From: Candidatus Sumerlaeia bacterium
GTDB lineage: Bacteria > Sumerlaeota > Sumerlaeia > SLMS01 > JAHLLQ01
Direction: 5' to 3'
NCBI GenBank assembly: GCA_019634695.1
Contig: JAHCAW010000003.1
Span: 3,397-67,396 of the forward strand
DNA length: 64,000 bases
Both the position numbers and the translations under genes were made by a program. The notes below the pieces were generated by a model, which was not told where the DNA came from, searched no databases, and saw only the letters and a list, made by a program, of their open reading frames with translations. Below, in pieces: positions 28,933-37,718 of the stretch (within the stretch, counting starts at the first letter, position 1; every line of letters starts with the position of its first letter).

Positions 28933-31655
28933 TCAGCTCAGGCGAACGGTGACGATCTGCTTGGGCTTGAGCGCGACGGCGAGCCCGCTCTTGCCCAGCT
29001 CCGGGCGCGCGGCCTTCAGCGGCCGGCTGTCGAGGTCGACCAGCTCGGCCTTGCGCCAGGTGCGGCTGCCGCGCGGGCGCTGGGCCCACTCGATCCGCGC
29101 CTTGCCTGCCTTTTCGGTCGGATTGAACAGGCGCACTTCGAGCCCCTCGCCCACGAGGCGCGCGCTCGTCAGCACGCCAACGCCCGAAACGGACAGGAAG
29201 CCCGCCTCGGCCGGCAACGCCTTGCCCGTCGCATGAATGCGCTGGTCCTCGCGGTCGAGCTGCACCGTGCGCAGGCCGGCGGCGAGGTGCTGCGCGAGCG
29301 CGAACATCTCGCCGCGATCGGGCGCTCCGGCCAGCGGCCGCAGCCAGGCGCGGAACCGCATCGGCCCAAGGATCTGGCCATTGGGCTCGCCGTCCGTGCC
29401 GACCGTGCGCCGCGTCGAGCGGAACAGCGTCAGCGCCAGCGGCCGCTCCGGCAGGTCGCGCACCGCCGTCTCGAGCAAGCCCGTCGAGAGCACCGCGAGC
29501 CCGCGCTGCTTGTCGAACACCGCCGTCCACGAATGCTGCGGCTTCGTCTCCACCTCGAGTTCGTTGTACAGATGGTTGTCCTCGCGCAGGGCGATGGCAC
29601 GCTCGACGACGTCGAAGGCCGAGTCGGCGAGGTAGCTCTTCGCACGCGCGCCGCTGGGGAACAGCACCCGCAGGCGATGGTCGCGCGCCGAGTTGTCGAT
29701 GGCGACCTCGAGCTCGACATGGTCCGCGCCGCGGCGCAGGCGCACCGTCGTCTCGATGGTCAGCTCGGTGTGCTCCTCGGTGCGTCGCATCGCCTTGAAG
29801 TCGAACGCCGCGGGCACGGACATCTTCTGGCGAATGCGGAATGCGGCGACGTTCGGTCCGTTCTCCACGAGTGCGATCGCGGCGGGGCTGCCCGTCGAGA
29901 CCCACGTCTGGTCGTTCGCGGCCGGGCCATGGAACCATCCGTCGCCGATGTCGGCGCGGTCCTCGAACGTCATCAGGTCCTCGTAGGTCTGGCCGGTGCG
30001 CTTGTCGAGCATGGTCAGCGTTCCGTTGCCATGCACCCAAACCGCCAGCGCCTCGTTCTCCATCGACGTGGCGCCCGTCGCCAGCCCCGGCACTTCCGGA
30101 TGGCGACACGGACGGCGATCCTCCGCCGGCACGACGGTCAACGTCGTGTAGCCCAGCGCGGGCACCGACAGCGGCAGGCTGACCCGCACGCGGTTGACGC
30201 GCAGGTGCTCGGGGAACTTGTTCGCCCGCAGGCGCAGAACCGAGTGATCCATCGTCTGACCCAGACGCTGGTAGACAACCTCGCGTCCACCCGCGTCGAA
30301 CAGGCGGAACACCGGCATGTCCTCGAACCAGAAGAACTCGCCGAACTTCGGTCCGTCCTTGGGCAGGGCCACGTCGATCTCCGCGATGCCGTCGAATGGC
30401 GCCGTCGCGGGGTTGAACACCACGAGCCGCGCGTCGCCCGCCGGAATGTCGCCCTCGATCGAGGCCGCCAGCTTCGTCGTCGCCTCGCGCGTCAGCCGCT
30501 CGCCGATCTGCCGCGCCTGGCTGAAGCGATACTTCATGTCCTCGTGCACCTGGTCGATGCTGCACCCGCAGATCGAATCGTGCGGATGGTTCTGCAGCAC
30601 CCAGCGCCACGCGACATCGAGATAGCCGGCCGGCCACTCGAGCCCCAGCGACGTCGCGGCGAAGGCCGCGAACGGCTCCGCCCACTGACACAGCAGCGTT
30701 TGGCATTCCGCGTTGGCCTGCTTGATCCACACGCGACTCGACAGCACCCCGTGGATGATGTGCGCCGAGACGCGCGTCGTGCGGCTGGGCTCGCGCAGCT
30801 CGCCCTTGAAGCGCGTCTTGATCTTCGCCCGCTCGCGCTCCAGCTCCGCCGCGAACGCATCCAGCGAACTGTGCACCACGCGGAAGTCCTTGCCGCCCGC
30901 CTCGATGCGCTTGCGCAGCACCTCGTACACCGGCTGGTCCCAGTTCTGGTGGTCGCCGCCGTCGAACAGCAGCAGGCTCGAAATGTCGGAGTTGGCCGCT
31001 TCGTAGCGCAGATACTCCTCGAGCTGGCGCGCGCACCGCTCGGCCTCGAACTCCGGCATCGGCGCGCCGTCGCGCTTCTGCACGAACGGCATGCCCGCCT
31101 CGCGCACCGCGAAGGCGTAGTCGCTGTAGCCGTCGCGCGTGAACTTGTAGCACGCCAGCTCGCTGCCGTCCGCGCCCTCCCACAGCAGGTTGCTCCGGCT
31201 CTCGTTGTTGATGCCGCGCCACACGAAGCCCGTCGCGATGCCGAAGCCGCGCATGATCTGCGGCAGTTGCGAGACGTGCCCGAACAGGTCGCACACGAAG
31301 CCGGCGTTGGAGGGCTCGGCCCCGATCGCCGCGCCGGTCCAATCCCATCTGCAAAGTTGCGCCTGGCGGTGCCGAGGAACTCGTCGGGCAGCACATACCA
31401 TGGGCCGGCCACGATGCGCCCGTCGCGCACCAGTCGCTCGATGCGCTCGCGCCGCTCCGGCCGAATCTCCAGATAGTCGTCCAGCACGATCGTCTGGCCG
31501 TCCGACGTGAACGGGCCCAGCAGACGCCCGTCCTCCAGACCCGCAACGACGTCGTCCATCATCGTGACCAGTCGATAGCGATAATCCTGAAACGCCTGGT
31601 ACCATTCGCGGTCCCAGTGGGTGCTCAAGACGTAGTGGGCGGTGCGTGGGGCCAT
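28933..31655 (-). pseudogene. GH38 alpha-mannosidase interrupted by frameshift(s) near 31333-31373
   Basis: The N-terminal part (MAPRTAHYVLSTHWDREWYQ...GPWYVLPDEFL) starts at ATG 31655 in the frame of ORF 30534..31808. Family-like sequence resumes (AAIGAEPSNAGFVCDLFGHVSQLPQI...) in the frame of ORF 28933..31605. A short LQMGLDR stretch sits in the third frame in between. Confidence 0.8.
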
Positions 31656-31758
31656 GGGGGGTGATATGTCCGGGGAGAGGGATTGGGGTGCCGGAAGGGG
31701 TGCGGCACCGGTTGAGTGGTGACCGTGGGGCGGGTGCGGGGCGAGGCCAAGAGAAATC

Positions 31759-31772
31759 TGTAAGCGTTTACA
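31759..31772. promoter_or_regulatory. LacI/GalR-family (cre-like) palindromic operator
   Basis: TGTAAGCGTTTACA matches TGNAANCGNTTNCA at all 10 constrained positions. It lies in the divergent region, 104 nt from the GH38 ATG and 85 nt from the PfkB ATG. Confidence 0.6.
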
Positions 31773-31856
31773 CCTTTTCGCTGGACTCCCCATCCCCACC
31801 CGCGCCATACAGCCCCCATTCTGGCACCCGTCCCCGGGGCCAAGGCGGCGCGCGGC

Positions 31857-32984
31857 ATGGCTTCAAACCCCGGACATCTGGTCGTGGCCGGTCACATCTG
31901 TCTGGACCTGATCCCGCCCATCGGGGCGCGGGCCGAGTCGCTGGGCGAGGTGCTGCGCGCCGGCGCGCTGGTTCACGTCGGAGCGATCCAGGTCTCGACG
32001 GGCGGTGCGGTCGGCAACACCGGGCTGGCCGTGCACAAGCTTGGCGTGCCCGTGCGGCTGGCCGGCAAGGTCGGCGCCGACGCCTTCGGCCGCATGGTGC
32101 TCGATCTGCTGCGCGCGCAGGATCCCGAGTTGGCCCGCGCCATGGCCGTCGATCCGCACGGGGCCACCTCCTACACCGTGGTGCTGAACCCGCCCGGGCT
32201 CGATCGCGTCTTCCTGCATCACCCGGGCGCCAACGATACCTTCGTGGCCGGCGACGTTGCCGACGCCTGTCTGGAGGGTGCGCGGCTGCTGCACTTCGGT
32301 TATCCGCCGCTGATGCGCCGCCTCTACGAGCGCGACGGCGCCGAACTGGTGCGCCTGTTCGCCGCGGCCCGCGCGCGCGGCGTCACGACATCGCTCGACA
32401 TGGCGATGCCGGACCCCGCCTCCGACGCCGGCCGCGTCGATTGGCGCGCCTGGATGCGCCACGTCCTGCCGCACGTGGACCTGTTTCTGCCCAGCTTCGA
32501 CGAGTTGGCGCGCATGCTGGGCCACGGCTGCACCGAACCCGACGCCGCGACGCTGCGCCGCCTGGCCGACGAGACGCTCGCGATGGGCGCCGTTGCGGTG
32601 GCGATCAAGCTCGGCGATCGCGGGCTCTACCTGCGCACCGGCCCCGACGTCTCCCGACTCGGGTGCGACGCGGTCGCGTGGGCCGGGCGCGAACGCCTTG
32701 CCACCTGCTGCGAGGTCGCCGTTGGAGGCACAACCGGCGCCGGCGATTGCACCATTGCCGGTTTCCTGGTCGAGCTCGCCGCCGGCGGCACCCCCGAGTC
32801 CGCACTCGCCTTCGCCACCGCCGTCGGCGCGTGCAGCGTCGAACGTCCCGACGCCACGAGCGCCGTGCCGCACGCCGACGCCGTCCGCGCCCGTCTGCGC
32901 AACGGTTGGCGACGACACCCGCCAAGCCCCGCCCTCGGAAGCTGGCAACCCACCTCCACCTCCGGAGTCTACCAGCCCAACTAA
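31857..32984 (+). CDS. PfkB-family carbohydrate kinase
   Basis: VVAGHICLDLIP, GGAVGNTGLAVHKLG, and the C-terminal TTGAGDCTIAGFL (GAGD motif). Confidence 0.8.
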   Translation: MASNPGHLVVAGHICLDLIPPIGARAESLGEVLRAGALVHVGAIQVSTGGAVGNTGLAVHKLGVPVRLAGKVGADAFGRMVLDLLRAQDPELARAMAVDPHGATSYTVVLNPPGLDRVFLHHPGANDTFVAGDVADACLEGARLLHFGYPPLMRRLYERDGAELVRLFAAARARGVTTSLDMAMPDPASDAGRVDWRAWMRHVLPHVDLFLPSFDELARMLGHGCTEPDAATLRRLADETLAMGAVAVAIKLGDRGLYLRTGPDVSRLGCDAVAWAGRERLATCCEVAVGGTTGAGDCTIAGFLVELAAGGTPESALAFATAVGACSVERPDATSAVPHADAVRARLRNGWRRHPPSPALGSWQPTSTSGVYQPN

Positions 32985-33026
32985 GCCTGCAACCCGCGAA
33001 CCACTTCCATCCAAGGAGACACGAAG

Positions 33027-33584
33027 ATGATCAAGAGAAGCCAGATGCGCGTCGCCCAACAACGCGCCGCCGCCGCCCTGGACCAAGCCGGCGTTGTCCT
33101 CACGCCCGAGGAACGCAACAATATCGAAATCGCCGAGTTCGGACTCGACCGGCTCATGGAGGAGGGTCTCGAGCTGGTCGTCTACGAGAACAACGACCGC
33201 TACTGCGCGAAGGAGCTCGTTCTCTTCCCGCGCCAGACCTGTCCCGAGCACAAGCATCCCCCGATCGACGGCGAGCCCGGCAAGCGCGAGACCTTCCGCT
33301 GCCGCGCCGGCAAGGTCTGGCTCTACGTCGAGGGTCCCCCCGCCGCCGCGCCGAAGGCCCGCGTCCCCGCCGTCAGCAAGCCCTACTACACCGTCTTCCA
33401 CGAAATCGAGCTCACCCCCGGCAAGCAGTACACCATCGAGCCCGATACCCTGCACTGGTTCCAGGCCGGCGACGACGGCGCCATCGTCTCCGAGTTCTCC
33501 AGCACCAGCCGCGACGAGGCCGACATCTTCACCGATCCCCGCATCAAGCGCATTCCGGAGATCGAAGAGGATGGAATTCAGTGA
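33027..33584 (+). CDS. D-lyxose/D-mannose ketol-isomerase (small cupin type)
   Basis: AAGGAGA RBS. RYCAKELVLFPRQTCPEHKHPPIDGEPGKRETFRCRAGKVWLYVEG...TLHWFQAG...SEFSSTSRDEADIFTDPRIKR matches the ~185-aa lyxose isomerase family. Confidence 0.85.
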   Translation: MIKRSQMRVAQQRAAAALDQAGVVLTPEERNNIEIAEFGLDRLMEEGLELVVYENNDRYCAKELVLFPRQTCPEHKHPPIDGEPGKRETFRCRAGKVWLYVEGPPAAAPKARVPAVSKPYYTVFHEIELTPGKQYTIEPDTLHWFQAGDDGAIVSEFSSTSRDEADIFTDPRIKRIPEIEEDGIQ

Positions 33585-33719
33585 TTAGTGTTTAGTGTTT
33601 AGTTGTTAGTAGGAAATAGTCTTGCCGGCATCTGCGGTAACATGGATTCACTAACAACCAACAACTAACAACCAACAACTAACAACTAACCACTAACAAC
33701 CAACCACCAACAACTTCTC
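33585..33719. repeat. Heptanucleotide tandem repeats with inverted arms; G-free from 33646 to 33719
   Basis: Left arm: TTAGTGT TTAGTGT TTAGTTG TTAGTAG (33585-33612). Right array: CACTAAC AACCAAC AACTAAC AACCAAC AACTAAC AACTAAC CACTAAC AACCAAC CACCAAC AAC (33650-33715). The arms are roughly reverse-complementary. Confidence 0.9.
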
Positions 33720-33737
33720 GATCCACGGCCCTCCCCC

Positions 33738-34799
33738 ATGCTTCTCTCCGGCACCACCTACACTCGTCGCGACATCGAGGCCCGCGTGGGCCTGCTGGAA
33801 CAGATTGGCGGGGTGCGTCGCCTGCGCCTGACCGAGGGCGTCGAGGACGGCGTCGAGATCGTCGAGGTCCGCACCGGTGCGGGGCTCGCCTATCGCCTGG
33901 CGCCGCATCGCGGGCTCGACATCGGGCTCGCCGAGTTCGCCGGCACCCCGTTCTCCTGGCTCTCGCCCAACCGCATCGCGCATCCGGCCTACTTCCGGCA
34001 CGAGGGCCTCGAGTGGCTGCGCACTGCGGCCGGCGGGTTGCTGATGTCGTGCGGCATGCGCCAGGTCGGCGCGCCATCCGTCGACGACGGCGAGGCCCTC
34101 GGCATCCACGGTCGCCTGCACCATGCCCCCGCGCACAACGTCGCCGCGGTGGGGGCGTGGCGCGGCGACGAGTACGAGGTCCGCGTCTCCGGCACCGTCG
34201 CCGAGACGCGCCTCTTCGGCGAGAACCTGCTGCTCCCTCGCGCCGTCTGGAGCCGCCTCGGCGAGAACCGCCTCTGTCTGCGCGACCGCGTCGAGAACAT
34301 CGGGTTCGAGCCCTCGCCGCTCATGATGCTCTATCACTTCAATTTCGGATTCCCGCTGCTGACGCCCGAGGTGGAATTGACCTTTCCGCCTGCCCGCGTC
34401 GAACCGCGCGAGGCCGAAACGCCCCTTGCCGGGCACGACCGTTGGGAGGCGCCGGTCGCCGGCTATCGCGAGCGCGTCTACTACCACCGCGACGTCCGCG
34501 CCACGCGGCAGTCGGACGGCGGCCGCGCGCTCGCCGAGGCCGTCCTGCGCCAGCCGCGCTTTCCCGTCGCCGGCGCCATGCGCCCCGTTACGGTGCGCCT
34601 GCGCTGGGACATCGCCACGCTGCCGAATCTCGTGCAGTGGAAGAACCCGGGCACGACGACGCACGCGCTCGGCATCGAGCCGACGAACTGCACGGTCGGC
34701 GGACGCGCCGCCGACCGCGCCCGCGGCACCCTGCAGCACATTGCTCCCGGCGAAACCGTCGAGTTCTTCCTCGAACTCGTGGTCGAGGCGGAGGCCTGA
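33738..34799 (+). CDS. DUF4432 / aldose-1-epimerase-like (galactose mutarotase fold) protein
   Basis: GLDIGLAEFAGTPFSWLSP, GGLLMSCGMRQVGAP, LGIHGRLHHAPA, and MLYHFNFGFPLL are typical of the DUF4432 family. Confidence 0.7.
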   Translation: MLLSGTTYTRRDIEARVGLLEQIGGVRRLRLTEGVEDGVEIVEVRTGAGLAYRLAPHRGLDIGLAEFAGTPFSWLSPNRIAHPAYFRHEGLEWLRTAAGGLLMSCGMRQVGAPSVDDGEALGIHGRLHHAPAHNVAAVGAWRGDEYEVRVSGTVAETRLFGENLLLPRAVWSRLGENRLCLRDRVENIGFEPSPLMMLYHFNFGFPLLTPEVELTFPPARVEPREAETPLAGHDRWEAPVAGYRERVYYHRDVRATRQSDGGRALAEAVLRQPRFPVAGAMRPVTVRLRWDIATLPNLVQWKNPGTTTHALGIEPTNCTVGGRAADRARGTLQHIAPGETVEFFLELVVEAEA

Positions 34800-34839
34800 G
34801 GACGGACGCGCGGCCGACATCGCGCCACACTCGACACCC

Positions 34840-35715
34840 ATGGAGAACAACCGCATGTCCCTCATCGACGAATCCCTCCTGCCCACCGACGACGATGTCG
34901 CCTTCTACGAGGAGCACGGCTACTGGATCGGACCCAAGGTCCTCGACGACGCCTTCCTCGACCGCCTGCGCCTGGCCATGTACCAGGTCTACGCCGCCGA
35001 ATTCGAAACCGGTAAGGAGCCTTGGGGCGGACCCTGGGTGCTGGGCGACAACCGCCTTGCCGTCCGCAAGATGGACCAGGCCCACTGGGCCAACAACACC
35101 TTCCGCGAACTGGTCACCCACGCCACCATCGGCGCCATCGCCGCGCGCCTGGCCCGCACCCCCGAGGTGCGCCTCTGGCACGATCAACTGCTCTACAAAC
35201 CCGGCCAGGGCCCCAACGCCAAGGCCGGCGGCAATGTCGGCTGGCATCAGGACCGCAACTACTGGCAATGCACCACCGACAACCTGCTCACCGCCTGGGT
35301 GGCCTTCGACGACGTCACCGTCCAGAACGGCTGCATGCTCGCCGTCCCCGGCAGCCACAAGTGGGGCCTGATCGAAGGCAACTTCTTCGAGCAGGACCTC
35401 GAAGCCTTCAAGACGAAGATCGTGCGCGAGCTCGGCCACGAGTGGAAGACCGTCCCGCTCGAAATCCCCGCCGGCGCCCTCAGCTTCCACCACTGCCTCA
35501 CCATCCACGGCAGCGGCCCCAACTTCACCCACAAGCCCCGCCGCTCGCTCGTGCTCCACCTCATGCCCGACGACGCGCACTACGTCGCCGGCACGCCCAA
35601 CGACAACCACATGAACGCGATTCTGATGCGCGAGCGCGGCGGCCGCGACGGCGACCGCTTCGCCGGCGACCTCTGGCCCGTCCTCTACAGCGAAAGAACC
35701 CCCGCCGCCGTCTGA
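34840..35715 (+). CDS. Phytanoyl-CoA dioxygenase (PhyH) family Fe(II)/2-oxoglutarate oxygenase
   Basis: WHQDRNYW (HxD), AWVAFDDVTVQNGCMLAVPGSHKWG, FHHCLTIHGSGPN. ATG 34855, preceded by GGAGAA, is an equally good start. Confidence 0.75.
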   Translation: MENNRMSLIDESLLPTDDDVAFYEEHGYWIGPKVLDDAFLDRLRLAMYQVYAAEFETGKEPWGGPWVLGDNRLAVRKMDQAHWANNTFRELVTHATIGAIAARLARTPEVRLWHDQLLYKPGQGPNAKAGGNVGWHQDRNYWQCTTDNLLTAWVAFDDVTVQNGCMLAVPGSHKWGLIEGNFFEQDLEAFKTKIVRELGHEWKTVPLEIPAGALSFHHCLTIHGSGPNFTHKPRRSLVLHLMPDDAHYVAGTPNDNHMNAILMRERGGRDGDRFAGDLWPVLYSERTPAAV

Positions 35716-35876
35716 CCCAGCGCAATGTCGGCTTGCCTCGCCTTGGAAGTGGGTGATCTCGTTATTGCCAAGAAGTGGGCAGGCCGCTCCTCCGGACTGG
35801 CGAGTGCCAAGCACCGGAGGAGCTGGGACGGGTGGGCAGCGTCTTCACATCGCTTCAAGGGTCCAAGCGATTCGCC

Positions 35877-37163
35877 ATGATGCGACGGGTGGTGCTCCAA
35901 CGTCTTGCAAGGATCGTCCCGCTTGCCGTCGTGGCGTGTGTGGCGTGCTCCGTGTCCGACGACGAGCCGGACCGCCGGGACCCGGAGATGATGGAGTCGG
36001 TGACCACAGCCGATCTGCCTGCCATCGATCCACTCGAGGATGACCTGCTGGGTGTGTGCGCGACCTGCGCCGAATGGTCGTGGATGGACGCCGCCGGGAT
36101 GATTGATGGCGGCGACCTCGACGCTGTGCTGAGGCTCGGAGCGGAGCGAGGATTCGACACACTCGACAACCGTGGTGGAACCCTGCTGCATCTGGCCGTC
36201 ACTCGGGGGGATTGGCCCATCATTGCCGGTGTCCTTCGGAGCGTCTCGAACTGTCGGGAAGTCAGCGTGTTTGGCGACTCCCTGCTGCACGCCTCTGTGC
36301 GTCGGCCTTTGGTCATGAGGCGCTTGCTGGAGGTCGGGCTCGATCCGAACGCGCCGAATGGTGTTGGGGACACCCCGCTTCACGCTGCCGCACGATTCGT
36401 TCAGCCCGAGTCCGTTGCTGTCCTGCTGGAGTTCGGCGCCGATCCCTGGTTTCCGGACGGTTTGGGGCTGACGCCGTTGGCGCTTACCCGGGACAGCCTG
36501 CAGGCAGCATTCATGATGGAATGGGAAGCAGCCTCGCTGGCCGAGATCCAGCGACTCTTGGTGGAGGCGATGGGCGAAGAGCCCGAGTCGGGGGACGCGA
36601 CGCCAGCGCCCAAGTGGCTTTGGCAGGATCTATTGGTGCAGGCCGAGGCGGGTGCTGACGACGTCAATGCTTGGCTGGAGCTTGCCAGCCGGCAGGGGGT
36701 GAACTCATCCGACGCCAAGGGGAGGAGGTTGCTGGATCATGCGGCACAGGATGCCCACCAGGACGTGATCCTCGCGCTGCTCCGCATTGGTGCGCGGCCG
36801 GCCCGGGATAGCCCGTATGACCGGACGATTCTGCAGCTCCTGCTCAGACGACCGGCAACGCTGCGGGCCGTGCTGGCCTCGGGGGTGCATCCGGACCTCC
36901 GAAACAGCGTGGGCCAGACAACGCTGTGGATAGCCGCTGAACTGGGACAGGTGGAGAACGTCGAACTATTGCTGGAGTACGGTGCCAACCCTTGGGCGAC
37001 CGACTTTCGTCGTTCGGACATGCTCGCCGCGGTAGAGGAGATGGCGGCGAAGCTCCCCGACGAATGGCAGGATGCCTACGCGCGGATTCGCACGCTTCTC
37101 GTCGATGCTCGCGCAAAGCAGAAGGCTCCGGATTGCGCAGCCATCGCAGCGGCATTCGACTGA
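35877..37163 (+). CDS. Exported ankyrin-repeat protein
   Basis: Signal or lipobox-like MMRRVVLQRLARIVPLAVVACVAC. Several ANK repeats: GGTLLHLAV, GDTPLHAAARF...LLEFGADP, GQTTLWIAAELGQVENVELLLEYGANP. Confidence 0.8.
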   Translation: MMRRVVLQRLARIVPLAVVACVACSVSDDEPDRRDPEMMESVTTADLPAIDPLEDDLLGVCATCAEWSWMDAAGMIDGGDLDAVLRLGAERGFDTLDNRGGTLLHLAVTRGDWPIIAGVLRSVSNCREVSVFGDSLLHASVRRPLVMRRLLEVGLDPNAPNGVGDTPLHAAARFVQPESVAVLLEFGADPWFPDGLGLTPLALTRDSLQAAFMMEWEAASLAEIQRLLVEAMGEEPESGDATPAPKWLWQDLLVQAEAGADDVNAWLELASRQGVNSSDAKGRRLLDHAAQDAHQDVILALLRIGARPARDSPYDRTILQLLLRRPATLRAVLASGVHPDLRNSVGQTTLWIAAELGQVENVELLLEYGANPWATDFRRSDMLAAVEEMAAKLPDEWQDAYARIRTLLVDARAKQKAPDCAAIAAAFD

Positions 37164-37405
37164 CCCACTGTCTCGTACGGTTTCGGCCTTGAGCAACCCG
37201 TGGGGCTGTGCGTAGCTGGGCTGTGGGTTGTGGCCAGTTGTCCTACGAGTGGCGCAGGGCGGGCCCCCCAAGGGCTGCTCCCTCGTCCGACAGGAGGCGG
37301 AGCTCCATCCGTGACAACCGAGACGATATCGCCGACGGCCGAAAGGGCCATGCTGTGGCTGTTGCTTCTTCTGTGCAACGGCTTGTTCCTCCAGAAAGTC
37401 GCACG

Positions 37406-37714
37406 ATGACTGTCCCGTACACCAAGCCCGCTCCTGCCTACCCGCAACAGCTTGCGCTCCTGGGAAGCCGGGGGCTGATGGTTACAGACCGCCTCGTCTG
37501 CGGCGAGGACTCGTCGATCTTCGAGAAGGAAGACGCGCGCTTGCGCGGCCGTCGCCATGCCGCCGCACTCTTCCACGCCGGGAGGGACCACGCCATGAAG
37601 AAGGACTTGCCAGCATGCCCGGCTTGCAATGACACAAGGATCGAGCCGCTTCAATCGTTTGGCGTGACCAGCGCCGGAGAAGGGCGGCTTGGATCCATGA
37701 GGGCATCCGGGTGA
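37406..37714 (+). CDS. Small ORF whose first ~27 aa resemble the Abi_2 (AbiD/AbiF-type) N-terminus; probable remnant or chimera
   Basis: MTVPYTKPAPAYPQQLALLGSRGLMVTDR resembles the Abi_2 start (Y-x-KP...Q..LL..RGL.i.D). The rest (…CPACNDTRIEP…) does not continue the family. No clear RBS. Confidence 0.3.
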   Translation: MTVPYTKPAPAYPQQLALLGSRGLMVTDRLVCGEDSSIFEKEDARLRGRRHAAALFHAGRDHAMKKDLPACPACNDTRIEPLQSFGVTSAGEGRLGSMRASG

Positions 37715-37718
37715 TTGC

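Noticed and set aside
33585-33719. Whether the heptad arrays here and at 44364-44541 are a CRISPR array.
   Set aside because: The repeat unit is 7 nt with no spacers, there are no cas genes, and the arms are inverted rather than direct repeats separated by unique spacers.
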